A DNA stretch of 64,000 bases from an uncultured delta proteobacterium (GCA_963816145.1 CAWFJP010000010.1:35531-99530); one strand, 5' to 3'; positions 19,623-30,201 are shown, counted from the first letter of the stretch. The notes: a model not told the origin generated them from the letters alone. Translations and numbers: made by a program.

Positions 19623-19680
19623 CTCGAAATCAAGTGTACGGAGATCCGTACTGGGGGTTCAAATCCCTCCCTACCTGCCA
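19623..19680 (+). repeat. Degenerate 3' half of tRNA-Ser(CGA) (attR-like)
   Basis: CTCGAAATCAAGTGTACGGAGATCCGTACTGGGGGTTCAAATCCCTCCCTACCTGCCA; 6 mismatches versus 6276-6333. Confidence 0.85.
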
Positions 19681-20729
19681 AAAACTTCCGTCTTGTTATG
19701 AGCCATAGAATAAACCTGATGATGGTGTCTTGCCGGTGCAATCGTGTGTAACTGTCCGTCCATCGCTGCTCCAGGCGTTCGTCCAGTTTTTCAAGTAAAA
19801 CGCGATGATGATCGGATGGAGCGACGAGCCCAGGGCGATGCCATTGTTGTCGCACCAGCAGAGCCCGACCCGCACAGTCGATAAGAAGACCGAAGGCTAT
19901 CGCATTCGCTCAACCCATCCGCCCAAACGGTCGACTAGCAGGTCGTGATCGCTGGCGGCGTAATACGACAGCAAGGCGGGAGGCGGCTGGGGCTCAATGG
20001 CGGTGGGTTTGATCTTGGGACCATGCGCCCTCGTCATCGAATACGGCTTCTTTGAAGAGGGTCTCGTAAAACACTTCGATCATCACTCCCTGGCCGCGTA
20101 TTTTCGCCCCTCGCAGTGAATTCCAGATGTCTTCCCATGGTATGAGTTTCATCGGTCCTCGTTCGGCGGTGATCGATGGATGAAGGGAATTTCCGTTTAC
20201 AGATACCTGCGGTTGACGAGCGGATAGGTCGGTTGATTGCGCATTCGTGGGTCCAGACTTGGATTGTCGTTGCATCAATGCGTCCTCTCGTCCTTCGCTG
20301 TTGGTCCAAAGCAGTGCCGCGACGCGCGTATCCCTCGCAGGATTGCAAGTGCGAGATGAGCAACGACAATGCCAAGGGTCGGAGCACTTTAGATTTCCGA
20401 TACTTACGAGTAGTTGTGGGGAGACAACGCTATGATCAAGCGTAAGTTAATTTGACAGAAAATTATACGAATAATTACACTCGCTCTAGCGGATGAAAAA
20501 TCGCTCTGTTATTCAGCGGTTTAGTCTATGAACTCTTAGGTGTTTTCTGAGTCGGCCAGTTCGTAAGCAAAGTTTACAGCGTGCGCAAGATTTGTTAATC
20601 GATCCGGGGCAAACTCATTGCTCTTTCTTCTATCCCGGTTCCATCCATTGAATTCCGCTTTGTAGAAAACAACAAAACACTGTGGTAGCGTCGGTTTCCG
20701 CGTGAGTTGTACCACCGCGGTGGAAGTCG

Positions 20730-20820
<91 letters not shown>

Positions 20821-20959
20821 CGATTGGCGAGGCGTTGCTGCTGCAGCCGGTTAAATTCGATTCGATTATTTCGCGAGCGGGTAAGAAAACTTGAAACTGT
20901 GAAATTTTCGGCGTACTGTTTTAATCGAACGCTAAAGCAGTAGCTGTGTATAATCGCGC

Positions 20960-21088
20960 GGATGTCGATTGCTGATAGTTAGGTCCTGTGCAAGGCGGCC
21001 CCGTGAACCCCGTCAGGTCCGGAAGGAAGCAGCGGTAACGGCTCTCCCCTGTGCCACAGGGGCACCTGGCTGTCAGCAATGGGCATCC
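20960..21088 (+). ncRNA. ffs: Signal recognition particle RNA (small bacterial type)
   Basis: Helix 8 core GTCAGGTCCGGAAGGAAGCAGC; long closing stem GGATGTCGATTGCTGATAG/CTGTCAGCAATGGGCATCC; TATAAT at 20949-20954; upstream of dnaX. Confidence 0.93.
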
Positions 21089-21187
21089 TCACCTCGTGGC
21101 TCTCTGCTTATTTAATCTCGAATCGCCGGTCATGGGCAGGATAGCTCAGCGCCGGCAGCTTCTGGTTTAAGATTTTCCAGGGGATCT

Positions 21188-22870
21188 ATGTCTTACCTTG
21201 TTTTGGCGCGGAAATGGCGGCCGCAAAACTTCGAGGATGTCGCCGGCCAAGAACCGATCATCCGCACACTCAAGAATGCCATCAAGGCCAACCGCATCGC
21301 CCATGCTTACCTCTTCACAGGGGTGCGCGGGGTAGGCAAGACCACCGCTGCGCGGATTCTTGCCAAGGCGTTAAATTGCGAACGGGGTCCGACCGCGACG
21401 CCGTGCAATCAGTGCAGTCAATGTGAAGAGATCACCAATGGTAGCTGCATCGATGTGCTTGAGATCGACGGTGCTTCGAACCGTGGTATCGACGAAATCC
21501 GGCAAATCATCGAAAACGTCCGCTACCAGCCGGCTCAATGCCGTTTCAAGATTTACATTATCGACGAAGTGCATCAGGTTACCAAAGACGCTTTCAATGC
21601 CCTGCTGAAGACGCTGGAAGAGCCGCCACCGTCGGTTAAGTTTATCCTCGCCACCACCGAGCCGCAGCGTTTGCCGGAAACCATTCTGTCGCGCTGCCAG
21701 CGCTATGATTTTCGCCGCATCAGTTTGCGGGAAATCGTTGAACGGCTCGCTGCCATCGGCAAGAGCGAAGGGCTTAACATTACCGATGAGGCTCTGGTGC
21801 TGCTGGCGCGCGAAGCGGACGGCAGCATGCGCGATGCGCAGTCGTTGCTTGAGCAGGTGCTCGCCTGCGCCATGCCGGCGGTGGGTGACGAGCAGCGGTC
21901 GACGGTCGACGCGGCCATGCTGCAAGAGATCCTTGGTCTGGCGCAGCGTAAGTGTCTTTACGACTTGTCTCAGGCGGTGCTCGACGGCGACCCGCGCCGG
22001 TGTGTCGAGTTGGTGGCGGAGGTCATCAGCCAGGGACGGGATTTGAGCCGTTTGTCGCGCGATTTGGTGGAGCATTTTAGAAATCTGCTGGTCGCCCGTT
22101 TGTCCGCCAGCCGAGTTGGCGCCAATCGCGCTGGCGGCGCGGATGTTTCGCAGTTACTCGATCTCCCGGATCAGGAGATTGCCGACTTAGAACGACAGGC
22201 CGGTCCAGTGCCGGTGGAAGCGCTGCTCGATTATCTCGATTTCATGGCCGCGGGTGATGAAGAGGTGGGGCGCTCGGCGACGCCCCGATTTGCCCTCGAA
22301 GCGGTGCTGATCCGGTTGGCCAACTTGCCTCAGTTGCTGCCGGTTGCAGAGTTAGTCAGCCGGCTCGAACGGTTGGAAGGGCGAGCTTCCAGCGGCCTGC
22401 GGTCTACAGTTGCGGCGGAGCGTCCCAAGGCGGTTTCAATACCTGCGCCGGTCATGCCAGCGGCAGTCGCGTCACCCCCCGATGCTGTCCCAGCGGCGGG
22501 TGACGATGCCGGCAAGTGGCATGAGTTCGTAGCCTTCGTCGGCAAAGAAAAAAAGTTTTTGGCATCGCATCTCGGTGCGACGGTGGCGCTCTCGTTGCCG
22601 CCGGCGCCGCTCAAAGTCAGCGTCGCCGAACGGCATCATCTGGGTTTTCTTCAGGACGCCGATAATCTTGCCTCGCTGCGGGAGTTAGCCAAGCGGTTTT
22701 TCGCTCAGGAGGTTACGATTCAATTCGTTGCTTCGGGCGTTGATGCGGCGTCTGCCGTGGCCGCCGATGTGTCGCGTACCAGCAGCGCCGTGGATGACCG
22801 CAGTGACATGGTAAAGGAAGCGTTGCGCATCTTCGGCGGTTCGGTCCGTTCGGTGCGGCGGGAAAGTTGA
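21188..22870 (+). CDS. dnaX: DNA polymerase III subunit gamma/tau
   Basis: LARKWRPQNF, GVRGVGKTT, DEVH, SRC, GSMRDA. Confidence 0.97.
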   Translation: MSYLVLARKWRPQNFEDVAGQEPIIRTLKNAIKANRIAHAYLFTGVRGVGKTTAARILAKALNCERGPTATPCNQCSQCEEITNGSCIDVLEIDGASNRGIDEIRQIIENVRYQPAQCRFKIYIIDEVHQVTKDAFNALLKTLEEPPPSVKFILATTEPQRLPETILSRCQRYDFRRISLREIVERLAAIGKSEGLNITDEALVLLAREADGSMRDAQSLLEQVLACAMPAVGDEQRSTVDAAMLQEILGLAQRKCLYDLSQAVLDGDPRRCVELVAEVISQGRDLSRLSRDLVEHFRNLLVARLSASRVGANRAGGADVSQLLDLPDQEIADLERQAGPVPVEALLDYLDFMAAGDEEVGRSATPRFALEAVLIRLANLPQLLPVAELVSRLERLEGRASSGLRSTVAAERPKAVSIPAPVMPAAVASPPDAVPAAGDDAGKWHEFVAFVGKEKKFLASHLGATVALSLPPAPLKVSVAERHHLGFLQDADNLASLRELAKRFFAQEVTIQFVASGVDAASAVAADVSRTSSAVDDRSDMVKEALRIFGGSVRSVRRES

Positions 22871-22926
22871 TGATGGAGTCGGCGTGGGCAGTTAGTGGCG
22901 AGGAAGCGTGAGTTAGGAGAAGAAAT

Positions 22927-23250
22927 ATGGCGAGCATTCCGGGAATGGGCAATCTGCTCAAGCAAGCGCAGGACATGCAGGCGCGTATGGCCAAGGTCCA
23001 AGAAGAGTTGGCGCATATGACCGTCGAGGGTTCCGCCGGCGGTGGCATGGTTCAGGTGACCGTCAACGGACAGTTCAATCTGACCGCGGTGAAGATCGAA
23101 CCCTCGGTCATCAGCGTGGAGGAAAAGGGCATGCTGGAGGATTTGATCCTCGCCGCGGTCAACGACGGCATGCGCAAAGCGCGTGAGATGGCGTCGGCGG
23201 AGATGGCCAAGCTCACCGGCGGCTTCAAAATCCCCGGGCTGATGCCGTAG
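22927..23250 (+). CDS. ybaB: YbaB/EbfC nucleoid-associated protein
   Basis: KQAQDMQ, EGSAGGGMV, MLEDLILAAVN; lies between dnaX and recR. Confidence 0.95.
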   Translation: MASIPGMGNLLKQAQDMQARMAKVQEELAHMTVEGSAGGGMVQVTVNGQFNLTAVKIEPSVISVEEKGMLEDLILAAVNDGMRKAREMASAEMAKLTGGFKIPGLMP

Positions 23251-23341
23251 TTATCCTGCCGAAACAGACCCCAACCAAAGTCAAAACAACCGCGAGTATG
23301 AAAACAAAGAACATCATCGCCTCGCAAAACGAGACCTGCTC

Positions 23342-23962
23342 ATGACCATGTATCCCGCGCCTCTGGCCCGTTTGATTCAAGAGCTTTCCAAGCTGCCGGG
23401 TATCGGTGAAAAATCGGCGGCGCGTTTGGCGTTTCATATGTTGAAGGGCAAACGGGACGATGTTTTTCGTCTCGCCGACAGCATTGGCCGGCTGCGCCAA
23501 GAAATGGGTTTATGCGACCGCTGTTTCGGTTTCAGCGAGGTTCACGCCCAAAACGAAGACGTTACGCAGTGCGACGTTTGCAAAAACTCGAATCGAGAAG
23601 AAGATAAGATTTGTGTCGTCGAAGAGCCGGCGGACATGATCGCGGTGGAAAAGTCCCAAGAGTACCGCGGCCAGTATCATGTGCTGCACGGCACGATCTC
23701 GCCACTCGACGGCGTCGGCCCCGACGCGTTGCGCATCAAAGAATTGCTCGAGCGGCTGCGCGATGGGGCGGTCAAGGAAGTCATCGTCGCGACCAATCCG
23801 ACGATGGACGGCGAAGCCACGGCGTTCTATCTATCGAAGTTGATCAAGCCGCTCGGCGTTTCCGTCACGCGCATCGCCCGCGGCTTGCCGATGGGTGGCG
23901 ATCTCGAATACACCGATGCGGTGACTCTGGGCAAAGCGCTCGAAGGGCGGCGCGAGATTTAG
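23342..23962 (+). CDS. recR: Recombination mediator RecR
   Basis: LPGIGEKSAARLA, Zn finger, YHVLHG, ATNPTMDGEAT, GGDLEY. Confidence 0.97.
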   Translation: MTMYPAPLARLIQELSKLPGIGEKSAARLAFHMLKGKRDDVFRLADSIGRLRQEMGLCDRCFGFSEVHAQNEDVTQCDVCKNSNREEDKICVVEEPADMIAVEKSQEYRGQYHVLHGTISPLDGVGPDALRIKELLERLRDGAVKEVIVATNPTMDGEATAFYLSKLIKPLGVSVTRIARGLPMGGDLEYTDAVTLGKALEGRREI

Positions 23963-24225
23963 CACATTCGTTCACCGTCGAGCAGAAAGTTAGTCGTTCT
24001 GCTCCGGCGTGCCTCCCAGCTTCACGGCTCCTCGACATTTCAACGACCGAAATTCCAGCGGCTCTGCTTTCTAATTTCTGCACTTGAGGGTTCCTGCGGT
24101 ATTCGCTATCTTAAGCGCCACGCTGGACGGCTTGCCACCGCTCCACTTGAGCACGGCGGCGAACAGCTTTACGGCGATTTTAACACTCAATTCGACAAAT
24201 CTAACTTCCAACCCGCGAGGTGATC

Positions 24226-25941
24226 ATGGCAACAGCGACGACCGATGGGAAGAATCAAGCATCCGGTCCAGTGATTTCTGGCGGCCACCTGGTGGCCAAA
24301 GCGCTCAAGAACGAGGGTGTCGAGGTGATCTGGACGCTGTGTGGCGGGCATATCATCGACATCTATGACGGCTGTCTCGACGAGGGCATCAAGATCATCG
24401 ATGTGCGCCACGAGCAAGTGGCGGCCCACGCGGCGGACGGCTACTCGCGCCAGAGCGGAAAGATCGGCTGCGTGGTGACCACGGCGGGGCCGGGAACCAC
24501 CAACGCGATGACCGGCATCGCCAACGCGTTTCGCGCCGAAAGTCCGCTGGTAATGATCGGCGGCCAGGGCGCGCTGTCGCAGCATAAGATGGGTTCGCTG
24601 CAAGACCTGCCTCACGTCGACATCATGTCGCCGATCACCAAATTTGCCGCCAGCGTGCCGCATACCGAGCGGGTCGCCGATATGGTGTCGATGGCGTTTC
24701 GCGAAGCGGTGAACGGCGCGCCGGGGCCAAGCTACCTGGAAATTCCCCGCGACATCCTCGACGCCAAGGTGCCGCTGGAGCGGGCGCGTATTCCCCAGGC
24801 CGGCGCCTATCGGGCGTCGACCAAATCGATCGGCGATCCCGCTGACATTGAAAAGCTCGCCGACATTCTCGTCAACTCGGAACGGCCTTGCGCGTTGTTC
24901 GGCACGCAGGTGTGGACCTCGCGCGGTCACGATGCCGCGGTCGAGCTGTGCCGCGCGCTGAACATTCCGGGTTACATGAACGGTTCGAGCCGCGGCATTT
25001 TCGCGCCGGGCGATCCGCATGGTTTTAACCGCACGCGCCGCGCCGCCTTCGACAAAGCGGATGTGATTCTGATCGTCGGTTGCCCGTTCGATTTTCGCTT
25101 GGGCTACGGCCGTCGGCTGCGCCCCGACGCGACTGTCGTGCAGATCGATCTCGACTACCGCAACGTCGGCAAAAACCGCGACATCTCGCTTGGCCTGGTG
25201 GGCGACTGCGGCGCGATTCTCAAAGCCGTCGAGCAGGCCGCAACTGGGCGCGCTGCTAAGGGCAAGGCCAAGCGCGGCGAATGGATGAAGGAACTGCGCG
25301 CCGGCGAGGCGAAGGCCTACGAAAAGCTTTTGCCGTCGTTCAAATCCGAATCGACGCCGATCAATCCATATCGCGTCGCCTATGAGATCAACGAATTTCT
25401 CACCGATAACACGGTCTACATCGGCGACGGCGGCGACGTGGTGACGATCACCGCGACGGCGGTGGAGCCGCGCAAGGCCGGCAACTGGATGGATCCAGGG
25501 CCACTGGGCACTTTGGGTGTTGGTACGTCCTTCTCGATGGCGACCAAGTTCGTCCATCCTGAGAAAGAAGTGTTGTGCTACTACGGCGACGGCTCCTTCG
25601 GCATGACCGCTTGGGATATGGAAACCGCGCAGCGCTTCAAGCTGCCTTACATGGCAGTGATCGGCAACAACTCGGCGATGAATCAAATTCGCTGCGGCCA
25701 GATCGGCAAATACGGTCCCGAGCGCGGTGGCGTGGGCAACAAGTTGGGCGATGTCGATTTTGAAAAATTTGCCGAGTGCTTCGGTGCCTGGGGCATCGCG
25801 GTGCGCGAGCCGAGCCAGATTCGCCCAGCGCTCGAAAAAGCGCGCGAACGCGTCGCCGGCGGCCAATGCGCCATCGTCAACATCTGGGTCGACATCAACG
25901 AATACGCCCCCGGCACCAAAGCGCAGACGATGTACAAGTAA
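24226..25941 (+). CDS. ThDP-dependent enzyme, oxalyl-CoA decarboxylase / 2-hydroxyacyl-CoA lyase-like
   Basis: VRHEQVAAHAADG, GPLGTLGVG, GDGSFG..NN ThDP motif; directly upstream of frc. Confidence 0.85.
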   Translation: MATATTDGKNQASGPVISGGHLVAKALKNEGVEVIWTLCGGHIIDIYDGCLDEGIKIIDVRHEQVAAHAADGYSRQSGKIGCVVTTAGPGTTNAMTGIANAFRAESPLVMIGGQGALSQHKMGSLQDLPHVDIMSPITKFAASVPHTERVADMVSMAFREAVNGAPGPSYLEIPRDILDAKVPLERARIPQAGAYRASTKSIGDPADIEKLADILVNSERPCALFGTQVWTSRGHDAAVELCRALNIPGYMNGSSRGIFAPGDPHGFNRTRRAAFDKADVILIVGCPFDFRLGYGRRLRPDATVVQIDLDYRNVGKNRDISLGLVGDCGAILKAVEQAATGRAAKGKAKRGEWMKELRAGEAKAYEKLLPSFKSESTPINPYRVAYEINEFLTDNTVYIGDGGDVVTITATAVEPRKAGNWMDPGPLGTLGVGTSFSMATKFVHPEKEVLCYYGDGSFGMTAWDMETAQRFKLPYMAVIGNNSAMNQIRCGQIGKYGPERGGVGNKLGDVDFEKFAECFGAWGIAVREPSQIRPALEKARERVAGGQCAIVNIWVDINEYAPGTKAQTMYK

Positions 25942-25945
25942 GGAA

Positions 25946-25977
25946 AATTGATAATGGAGAATGGAGAATTGATAATG
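25946..25977. repeat. Heptamer tandem repeat AATKGAK
   Basis: AATTGAT-AATGGAG-AATGGAG-AATTGAT-AATG, starting 4 nt after a stop codon; related copy at 36151-36180. Confidence 0.75.
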
Positions 25978-26071
25978 CTCGGAAATCATATCCGACATTC
26001 CTGCTCTTCGTGTCCTCCTTAGAAAATACATGTGCAAGTATGATCTGTGCGACGAATTGGCACGAGGTTTC

Positions 26072-26139
26072 CGTCATACCGGCGAAAGCCGGTATCCATC
26101 CCCTCCCACCCCTGGATGCCGGCCTGCGCCGGCATGACG
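26072..26139. repeat. REP-like palindrome pair (GTCAT family)
   Basis: CGTCATACCGGCGAAAGCCGGTATCCA...TGGATGCCGGCCTGCGCCGGCATGACG. Confidence 0.8.
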
Positions 26140-26256
26140 AATCTAGGGAAAAAACATGGGGTGGTGGGATGGTTGCGATTTCATACTCTGTGGACGAGTG
26201 TAAGCGCATGAACACTTCGTGGTGAGAACGAATTTTTATAAGGAGATAAGTTATTG

Positions 26257-27498
26257 ATGGCAAAGGCGCTCGATGGCATTCGCATTCTCGATATGACTCA
26301 TGTGCAGTCGGGGCCGACTTGCACGCAGATCCTCGCTTGGTTCGGCGCCGACGTCATCAAAGTCGAACTACCCGGGCGGGGCGACATTACGCGCGGACAG
26401 TTGCGCGATAAGCCCAACGTCGACAGTCTGTATTTCACCATGCTCAACTGCAACAAGCGCAGTATTACGATCAACACCAAGCATGAAAAAGGTAAAGAAG
26501 TGTTTCGCAGGTTGATCAAGTGCTGCGATGTTATGGTCGAGAACTTCGCGCCCGGCGCCCTGGATCGGCAAGGCTTTACTTGGGAAGCGATCCACGAGAT
26601 CAACCCGCGCTTGATTTATGCTTCGGTCAAAGGCTTCGGCCCCGGTCCCTACGAGGACTGCAAAGTCTATGAGAATATCGCCCAGTGCACCGGCGGCGCG
26701 GCGAGCACCACCGGATTCGACGACGGCCCGCCGCTCGTCACCGGCGCGCAGATCGGCGATTCGGGCACCGGCATTCATCTCGTCGCGGGAATTTTAGCTG
26801 CGCTGTTTCAGCGCGAGAAAAGCGGCCAAGGGCAGCGTGTCACCTGCGCCATGCAGGACACCGTGCTCAATTTGTGCCGGGTGAAATTGCGCGATCAGCA
26901 ACGCTTGGCCTCAGGGCCGCTGATGGAATATCCGCAGTACCCCAACGGGGTCTTCGGCGACGCCGTGCCGCGGGCGGGCAACGCTTCGGGCGGCGGCCAG
27001 CCGGGCTGGGCCGTGCGCACCAAAGGGGGCGGCCCCAACGATTATATTTACGTGATCATTCAGCCGCCGGGTTGGGAGCCTCTAATGAAGTTGTGCGGCC
27101 GGCTCGAGTTGATCACCGATCCGGAATGGGCGACGCCGGAAAAGCGTTTGCCCAAGCTCGACAAGTGCTTCGAGATCATCGAGCAGTGGGCGATGACGAT
27201 GGATAAACTGGAAGTGATGCGCCAGCTCAATCAATTCGACATCCCCTGCGGGCCGATTCTCGACATGGGCGAGATCGCCGACGAGCAGGCGCTACGCGAG
27301 ACCGGCACGGTGGTCGAAGTGGATCATCCCAAACGAGGTAAATTTTTGACCGTCGGCAATCCAATCAAGCTGTCGGACTCGCCGACGGAAGTGATAGCCT
27401 CGCCGCTGTTGGGCGAGCATACCGACGAGATTTTGAAATCCATTGTCGGCTGGAGCGACGCCGAGATCGCTGCGGCGCGCAAAGAAGGGGCGATTTAG
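26257..27498 (+). CDS. frc: Formyl-CoA transferase (family III CoA transferase)
   Basis: [51 protein letters not shown]. Confidence 0.93.
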   Translation: MAKALDGIRILDMTHVQSGPTCTQILAWFGADVIKVELPGRGDITRGQLRDKPNVDSLYFTMLNCNKRSITINTKHEKGKEVFRRLIKCCDVMVENFAPGALDRQGFTWEAIHEINPRLIYASVKGFGPGPYEDCKVYENIAQCTGGAASTTGFDDGPPLVTGAQIGDSGTGIHLVAGILAALFQREKSGQGQRVTCAMQDTVLNLCRVKLRDQQRLASGPLMEYPQYPNGVFGDAVPRAGNASGGGQPGWAVRTKGGGPNDYIYVIIQPPGWEPLMKLCGRLELITDPEWATPEKRLPKLDKCFEIIEQWAMTMDKLEVMRQLNQFDIPCGPILDMGEIADEQALRETGTVVEVDHPKRGKFLTVGNPIKLSDSPTEVIASPLLGEHTDEILKSIVGWSDAEIAAARKEGAI

Positions 27499-27600
27499 GA
27501 GAAGGGATTTAATTACAAAGGGCACAAAGATCACAAAGTAGAGGATTCTGAGAATTAGCCCCGGGTCGGACCGGGAGCAAAACAAATTTGGAATCGTCAG

Positions 27601-27630
27601 GGGCGGGTTTAGTACTTGCCCCTTTTTTTT
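27601..27630 (+). terminator. Rho-independent terminator after frc
   Basis: GGGCGGGT/ACTTGCCC stem followed by T8. Confidence 0.7.
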
Positions 27631-27759
27631 GGCGGGCGCGTTCACGGGATTACTCAAAGATAGTTTCCACGCTTCCCAAAGCCTTGGTTGATGGAGTATT
27701 AGTCGCGGTGGTGTCGAGGGGATTGTGCGGATTCGTGAAACTACCCAACGGAGAATTCA

Positions 27760-28860
27760 ATGGCGGGACAAACCCTAACAGCGGTCGTCACCGAAAAACG
27801 CAAGATCGAGATGCGTTACTTCCCGGTGCCGAAGCCGTCTTCTGACGATGCGATCTTGAAGGTCGAGCTGTGCGGCATTTGCGGCAGCGATTATCACTAC
27901 TACATCGAGGGCCACCATTGGCCGTACCAGCCGCCTCCGCAGATTCTCGGTCATGAAGTGGTCGGGCGCATCAGCGATATTTCCGGCGAAGCAGCCAAGC
28001 ATTGGAAGGTCAGAGAAGGCGATCTGGTCATCGTTGAGTCGGCGGTCACATGTCATCGCTGCCGCTACTGTACCACCGGCAATTCTTCACTATGCTCGAC
28101 CAAGCGCAGCTACGGTATGAGCGCAAGCATGAACGAGCCGCCGTATTTATGGGGCGGCTACTCGCAATATATGTATCTTCATCCCGACGCGATTCTCCAC
28201 GTCGTGCCGCCGGGAGTCTCTGAGCATGAGGCTGTATTGTTCAGTGGTCTGGCTAACGGCGTCAAGTGGGCGCAGCGAATTCCGGCGTTGAGCCTCGGCG
28301 ATTCGATCGTCATTCTCGGTCCGGGGCAGCAGGGCTTGGGATGCGTGCTGGCGAGTTCGATTACGGGCGCCAATCCGATCATCGTTGCCGGCTTGGCGCG
28401 CGACGGCAAACGTTTGCAAGTCGCCAAGGCGCTGGGCGCGACGCACACGATCTTTTCCGATACAGCGCCTTTGTTAGAACAAGTTCGGCAAATTACTGGT
28501 CCCGAGCTCGCCGATGTGGTTGTCGACGTCACCGGTAGCACCGCGGCACAGGAGGTCGCCGTTGATCTAGTGCGGCGCGGCGGCACGGTGGTGCTCGGCG
28601 GACGAACGCCGAAAAAGACCATTACCTTCGTCATGGACAAACTCACCAGCCGCGGCATCAAAATGGTCGGCGTGCGCGCCCACGACTCGGAAGACGTGCG
28701 CAAGGCGGTGGCCGTCATATCAGCGCGCCGGGAGCAGCTTTCTCAGCTCCTCACCCACGAAGTGTCGCTTAAAGAGGCGGATCTCGCGTTGCGTCTGATC
28801 GGCCAGGAAGTTCCAGGTGAGGAAGCGATTCACGTTGCGATCAATCCCTGGCGCGATTAA
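27760..28860 (+). CDS. Zn-dependent medium-chain dehydrogenase (Tdh/sorbitol DH-like)
   Basis: CGICGSD, GHE, CHRCRYC..C, GPGQQG. Confidence 0.9.
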   Translation: MAGQTLTAVVTEKRKIEMRYFPVPKPSSDDAILKVELCGICGSDYHYYIEGHHWPYQPPPQILGHEVVGRISDISGEAAKHWKVREGDLVIVESAVTCHRCRYCTTGNSSLCSTKRSYGMSASMNEPPYLWGGYSQYMYLHPDAILHVVPPGVSEHEAVLFSGLANGVKWAQRIPALSLGDSIVILGPGQQGLGCVLASSITGANPIIVAGLARDGKRLQVAKALGATHTIFSDTAPLLEQVRQITGPELADVVVDVTGSTAAQEVAVDLVRRGGTVVLGGRTPKKTITFVMDKLTSRGIKMVGVRAHDSEDVRKAVAVISARREQLSQLLTHEVSLKEADLALRLIGQEVPGEEAIHVAINPWRD

Positions 28861-28900
28861 TCGTGCGATGTTCTGCTGTCGGCAAGCGAAACTCGGAGTA

Positions 28901-29012
28901 TCTCCCACAAAGACGCCAAGGCCGCAAAGGTCGGAGAAAGAGTACTAAAACTATTGTTACGTATGGTTAATTTTTTCCTTCCCAACTTGCCGTTTTTGCG
29001 CATTGGCGGGAG
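28901..29012. repeat. Inverted-repeat element with 9-bp periodic arms
   Basis: TCTCCCACAAAGACGCCAAGGCCGCAAAG ... CTTGCCGTTTTTGCGCATTGGCGGGAG. Confidence 0.65.
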
Positions 29013-29100
29013 GAATATCTGAATCCAGGAATTTTCGACACCATGACAATATGAGCGATCCGCGCAGGCTTGCCGCTGTGAAAATGAACAGGAGTTCGCG

Positions 29101-30201
29101 ATGAAAAAGAAAGCCCTCGCCGCCGTTATTGTCGACAAACGCCGCATGGAGATGCGCGAGTTCGCGGTGCCCGATCCCGGCGCCGATGACGCGGTGTTGA
29201 AAGTGGAAGCCTGCGGCATCTGCGGCAGCGATTACCATTACTACAAGGAACTCGATCATTGGCCCTATTTGAACCCGCCGCACATCATGGGCCATGAGGT
29301 GGTCGGGCGCATCGGCGCCATCGGTCGCAACGCCAGCCGGCAGTGGAAACTCAAGGAGGGCGATCTGGTCGCCGTCGAAGCGCCGGTGACGTGCCAGCGC
29401 TGCCGCTATTGTCTCACCGGCAACGCGACCTTGTGCGCCGACAAGCGCAGTTACGGCATCAGCGCCAGCATGGCCGATCCGCCGCATCTGTGGGGCGGCT
29501 ACGCGCAGTATATGTATCTCCATCCCAATTCGATTCTGCACCCGGTGCCGGCCGGAGTGACGCCGCAGGCAGCGGTGCTCTACACCTGCGTGTCGAACGG
29601 TTTGAAATGGGCGCAGCGGGTGCCGGCGCTCGGCCCCGGCGACTCTATCGTCATTCTCGGCCCCGGCCAGCAAGGGCTCGGCTGCGTCTTGGCCGCGGTG
29701 ATCGCCGGCGCGGCGCCGATCGTTGTCGCCGGTCTGGAAACGGACGCGCAGCGGCTCGCCGTGGCGCAAAAGTTGGGAGCTGCACACCTAATCTATTCCG
29801 AGCGCGCGCCGCTGGTTGAGCAGGTTAAAAATATACTGGGTCCAGAGATGGCCGATGTGGTTGTTGATGTCACCGGTAATGTGTCGGCCCAGCAAGCAAC
29901 GGTCGATCTGGTCCGTCGCGGCGGTACCGTGGTGCTCGCCGGCCGAACGCCCAATCGGGCCGTGCAGTTCGAAATGGACAAGGTCGCCAGCCGCGGCATC
30001 ACGATGATCGGCGTGCGCGGCCATGAGTCAGACGATATTCGGCGCGCCTTGAGCGTCATCGCCGCGCGGCCGGAAGCCGCGGCGCAATTGACAACCCATG
30101 AGGTGCCGCTCAAGGATGCCGACTATGCGCTACGGCTGATCGGCCAGGAGGTCCCCGGCGAGCATGCCATTCATGTTTCGCTCAATCCGTGGATATCGTG
30201 A
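29101..30201 (+). CDS. Zn-dependent medium-chain dehydrogenase, paralogue of 27760-28860
   Basis: Same length (366 aa) and colinear motifs. Confidence 0.9.
   Translation: MKKKALAAVIVDKRRMEMREFAVPDPGADDAVLKVEACGICGSDYHYYKELDHWPYLNPPHIMGHEVVGRIGAIGRNASRQWKLKEGDLVAVEAPVTCQRCRYCLTGNATLCADKRSYGISASMADPPHLWGGYAQYMYLHPNSILHPVPAGVTPQAAVLYTCVSNGLKWAQRVPALGPGDSIVILGPGQQGLGCVLAAVIAGAAPIVVAGLETDAQRLAVAQKLGAAHLIYSERAPLVEQVKNILGPEMADVVVDVTGNVSAQQATVDLVRRGGTVVLAGRTPNRAVQFEMDKVASRGITMIGVRGHESDDIRRALSVIAARPEAAAQLTTHEVPLKDADYALRLIGQEVPGEHAIHVSLNPWIS

Larger units (their letters stand above)
6334..19680. mobile_element. Putative decayed genomic island integrated at tRNA-Ser(CGA); no integrase retained
   Basis: Flanked by 6276-6333 and a 52/58-identical direct copy at 19623-19680; visibly more AT-rich cargo; interrupts the tadA/tRNA-Ser/ffs/dnaX gene order. 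Confidence 0.7.

Noticed and set aside
19590-19680. A fifth functional tRNA
   Set aside because: The 5' acceptor strand, D arm and 5' anticodon stem are missing and the 3' acceptor strand is mutated; treated as an att-like relic
19700-20450. Short overlapping ORFs on both strands
   Set aside because: No recognisable motifs and no consistent frame; possibly decayed coding DNA, but not supportable
24187-26037. 616-aa minus-strand ORF
   Set aside because: Antisense shadow of the ThDP enzyme, caused by GC3 bias
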